Shown here: one piece after another, positions 61,686 to 64,000 of the stretch
Position numbering within the stretch: position 1 is the first letter of the stretch
Layout of the letters: each line of letters opens with the position of its first letter
Assembly (NCBI GenBank): GCA_963755715.1
Contig: CAVWLW010000038.1
Span: 53,169 to 117,168 of the forward strand
Reading direction: 5' to 3'
Source: an uncultured delta proteobacterium
GTDB lineage: Bacteria > Desulfobacterota > Binatia > UBA9968
DNA: 64,000 nucleotides
Translations under genes and position numbers: made by a program
Notes under the pieces: generated by a model
Databases searched by the model: none
Seen by the model: the letters and a program-made list of their open reading frames with translations, nothing else
Told to the model about the DNA's origin: nothing

Positions 61686-62657
61686 ATGCGTTCATCAATC
61701 GGCATTGTCGTTTTGCTCTCTGCGTTATTTTACGCCGCGTCGACCGCGGCGGCGCGGACGGTCCGCATCGCCCTGCCCGGCTACAACATCACGCAAATCG
61801 TTTTTTTCACCGCAAAAGAAAAGGGCTTTTACAAAGAAGAAGGACTGGACGTCGATCTGATTCAAATGACCGGCACTTTGGCCAATCTCGCGCTGATGAG
61901 CGGCGAGGTTTCGTTTAGTAGCGTGCCCGCCGCGGCGATGAGCGCCAATTTGCGCGGCGCCAACCTGCGGGTGCTGTTTTCCAGCTACGAGCGGCCTCTC
62001 TTCTGGTTGATGACCCGCGCGCCGATCCGCGACATCAAAGAGTTGAAAGGCAAAAAGATGGGCGTGCCCGGGTTCAACGCGGTGACCTACTTTCTGCTCC
62101 GCGAATTCTTATCGAAGCACGGCCTGGAGCCGGGCAAGGATTACACGCTGCTTCAGGCCGGCGACACGGCGCCGCGGCTTTTGGCGCTGCAGAATAATTT
62201 CATTGACGCGACGCTTTTGCCGCTGCCGTGGAACATCATGGCGCAAGAAGCCGGCATGTACGAAGCCGCTTCGATGGCCAAAGGCGATATCATCACGCCC
62301 AACGGCGCCATCGTCGTGCGCGAAGAAATGTTGCGTTCCGACCCGGCGTTGATCGAACAGTTCACGCGCGCAACTCTGAAAGGACTGCGCTTTACGCTCG
62401 ATCGGCGCGCCGAGACGATCGCGATCATCACGCGCAGCATCAAAGTAAAAGAAAATCTCGCCGCCAAAGGTTACGACGCCGCCCGCCCGGCGCTAACGAG
62501 CGACGGCACGTTCAGCGACGATTCGCAAAAAAAAGCGGTGGAATCGGCTCTGAGAATCGCCGCAGTCAAAGAATCGGCGCCCGTCGACAGATTTTTCAAT
62601 TTCGCCATCGCCAAAAAAGTCGCTGCCGATCTGCAAGCCAAAGGTTGGAAACCGTAG
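61686..62657 (+). CDS. ABC substrate-binding protein (SsuA/NMT1-like)
   Basis: Signal peptide, AKEKGFYKEEGLDV, ELKGKKMG, RLLALQ. Confidence 0.9.
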   Translation: MRSSIGIVVLLSALFYAASTAAARTVRIALPGYNITQIVFFTAKEKGFYKEEGLDVDLIQMTGTLANLALMSGEVSFSSVPAAAMSANLRGANLRVLFSSYERPLFWLMTRAPIRDIKELKGKKMGVPGFNAVTYFLLREFLSKHGLEPGKDYTLLQAGDTAPRLLALQNNFIDATLLPLPWNIMAQEAGMYEAASMAKGDIITPNGAIVVREEMLRSDPALIEQFTRATLKGLRFTLDRRAETIAIITRSIKVKENLAAKGYDAARPALTSDGTFSDDSQKKAVESALRIAAVKESAPVDRFFNFAIAKKVAADLQAKGWKP

Positions 62658-62658
62658 A

Positions 62659-62746
62659 AAGGATAAGGGATAAAGGCAAAAGGATAAAAACTCCGGCTCG
62701 GGCGTTCCGTCGGCTATACTTTATCCCTTATCCTTTATCCTTCATC
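62659..62746. repeat. 7-nt periodic inverted-repeat element
   Basis: AAGGATA AGGGATA AAGGCAA AAGGATA ... TTATCCC TTATCCT TTATCCT TCATCT. Confidence 0.8.
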
Positions 62747-62749
62747 TGG

Positions 62750-62777
62750 TTGACAGTGCAAGTTTCCCATGGATAAT
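62750..62777 (+). promoter_or_regulatory. Putative sigma70 promoter
   Basis: TTGACA-16 nt-GATAAT upstream of the ATPase gene. Confidence 0.45.
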
Positions 62778-62803
62778 GGCGCTGGCGCAGGGACAGAAAT
62801 TTC

Positions 62804-63643
62804 ATGGCGGATCTCGCACACGAAGCTCAACAGTCGAGGCAAACCCAACCCGACGTCGTCATCAAGGTCCAAAACGTTTCGAAGATCTTTCATACGCCCA
62901 GCCAGGCCAACCTCAGCGCGCTTACCGACATCGAATTGGACATCCGCCCCGGCGAGTTTGTCACGGTGGTCGGCCCCAGCGGCTGCGGCAAATCCACTTT
63001 GCTCAAGCTGATCGCCGGATTCTCCCCGGTCTCGGCCGGTCGGATTCTTTTTCAAGGCGACGAGGTACAAGGCATCAATACTCGAGTCGGCTATGTACCT
63101 CAGGAAAGCAAGCTCTTTCCCTGGCTCACCGTCGAGGAAAACGTCGGTTTCGGACTGAGCCCCAAGCGCTTTTCCAAAGCGGACCGCGAGCGGCAGGTAG
63201 ACTATTTTATCAAGCTCGCCGGGCTCTCGGGCTTCGAAAAATATTATCCCGCGCAACTCTCGGGCGGCATGGGCAAACGGGCTTCGATCATCCGCGCGCT
63301 CGCTTACGAGCCGCCGGTTATATTGATGGACGAGCCCTTCGGTCCGTTGGATGCGCAGACCCGTATGGTGCTGCAAGACGAGCTGTTAAAAATCTGGGAA
63401 CAGAAACGCCAGACCATCGTCTTTGTCACCCACGATTTGGTCGAGGCCGTCGCCCTCGCCGACCGGGTCGTCGTGATGACGCATCGCCCCGGAAAAATCA
63501 AAGATGTCATCAAAATCAATATGGCCAGGCCGCGCGACATTTTTGAGATTCACCGCCAGGAAGGCTTCGACGATGCCTATGGGCGCTTGTGGGAGATCTT
63601 TCGCCACGAGCTCCATATCGGGCGCCCAAGCGAACATTCATGA
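62804..63643 (+). CDS. ABC ATP-binding protein (TauB/SsuB-like)
   Basis: GPSGCGKST, LSGGMGKR, LMDEPF, VTHD. Confidence 0.94.
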   Translation: MADLAHEAQQSRQTQPDVVIKVQNVSKIFHTPSQANLSALTDIELDIRPGEFVTVVGPSGCGKSTLLKLIAGFSPVSAGRILFQGDEVQGINTRVGYVPQESKLFPWLTVEENVGFGLSPKRFSKADRERQVDYFIKLAGLSGFEKYYPAQLSGGMGKRASIIRALAYEPPVILMDEPFGPLDAQTRMVLQDELLKIWEQKRQTIVFVTHDLVEAVALADRVVVMTHRPGKIKDVIKINMARPRDIFEIHRQEGFDDAYGRLWEIFRHELHIGRPSEHS

Positions 63644-64000
63644 AAGATCAAGTCGGCGAACAGCGCTCCAAGATAACCCGATCTATGCCAACGACCACGA
63701 CGTCAAAGATCTTTTCGCGCACTATCACCGTAACGCTAATTCGCAGCGCCATTGTCGTCGGCTTTTTCCTCGCCTGGGAATTCGCGTCCGGCAGATGGAT
63801 CGAACCGTTTCTAATCAGCAGCCCCAGCCGTATTTTTACGTCTCTGTTCAACGGTTTCTACTCGGGTGATTTGCTTCAGCACACCTGGGTGACTTTTCAA
63901 GAAATCGCCATCGGCTTTCCGGTCGGCGCTATCGCGGGCATCGGCCTCGGCTACAGTTTCGGCCGCAGCCGATTACTCGCCGAGATTTTCGAACCGATTA
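63640..64000 (+). CDS. ABC permease (TauC/SsuC-like), 3'-truncated by the window edge
   Basis: Open frame from ATG 63640: FFLAWEFAS...ISSPS...HTWVTFQEIAIG. Confidence 0.85.
   Translation, partial: MKDQVGEQRSKITRSMPTTTTSKIFSRTITVTLIRSAIVVGFFLAWEFASGRWIEPFLISSPSRIFTSLFNGFYSGDLLQHTWVTFQEIAIGFPVGAIAGIGLGYSFGRSRLLAEIFEPI

Overview
A 64-kb bacterial chromosomal segment, GC-rich apart from a visibly more AT-rich island at about 21-30.5 kb. Gene content suggests a deltaproteobacterium-like lineage such as Ca. Binatia; this is an inference from the many SsuA/NMT1-type binding proteins, UbiD paralogues, LLM/CMD/SDR genes and futalosine-pathway genes. Housekeeping and envelope genes include ligA, rsmI, a split two-gene NAD synthetase, amgK-murU, sodC, mqnL-mqnP, bamD, a peptide ABC system and an RND/TolC system. 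Many otherwise intact genes carry single-base frameshifts, most likely long-read assembly errors. Main findings: (1) a small glutaredoxin-like gene at 17313-17537, missed by the ORF track, with two in-frame UGA codons each followed by a SECIS-like hairpin (Uxx-star-type selenoprotein); (2) an AT-rich island with a DPM-synthase-like GT2, DUF2304 and four GT-C-like membrane proteins, one of them TMTC-like, a candidate bacterial protein glycosylation system; (3) a divergent cluster of two UbiD genes, an LLM oxidoreductase, a molybdenum hydroxylase and ABC transporters, substrate unknown; (4) a BamD with a long repeat-containing C-terminal extension; (5) about 11 short-period (6-9 nt) repeat elements, six of them with inverted arms and two inside coding sequences. 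I saw no tRNA, rRNA, CRISPR array or transposase.
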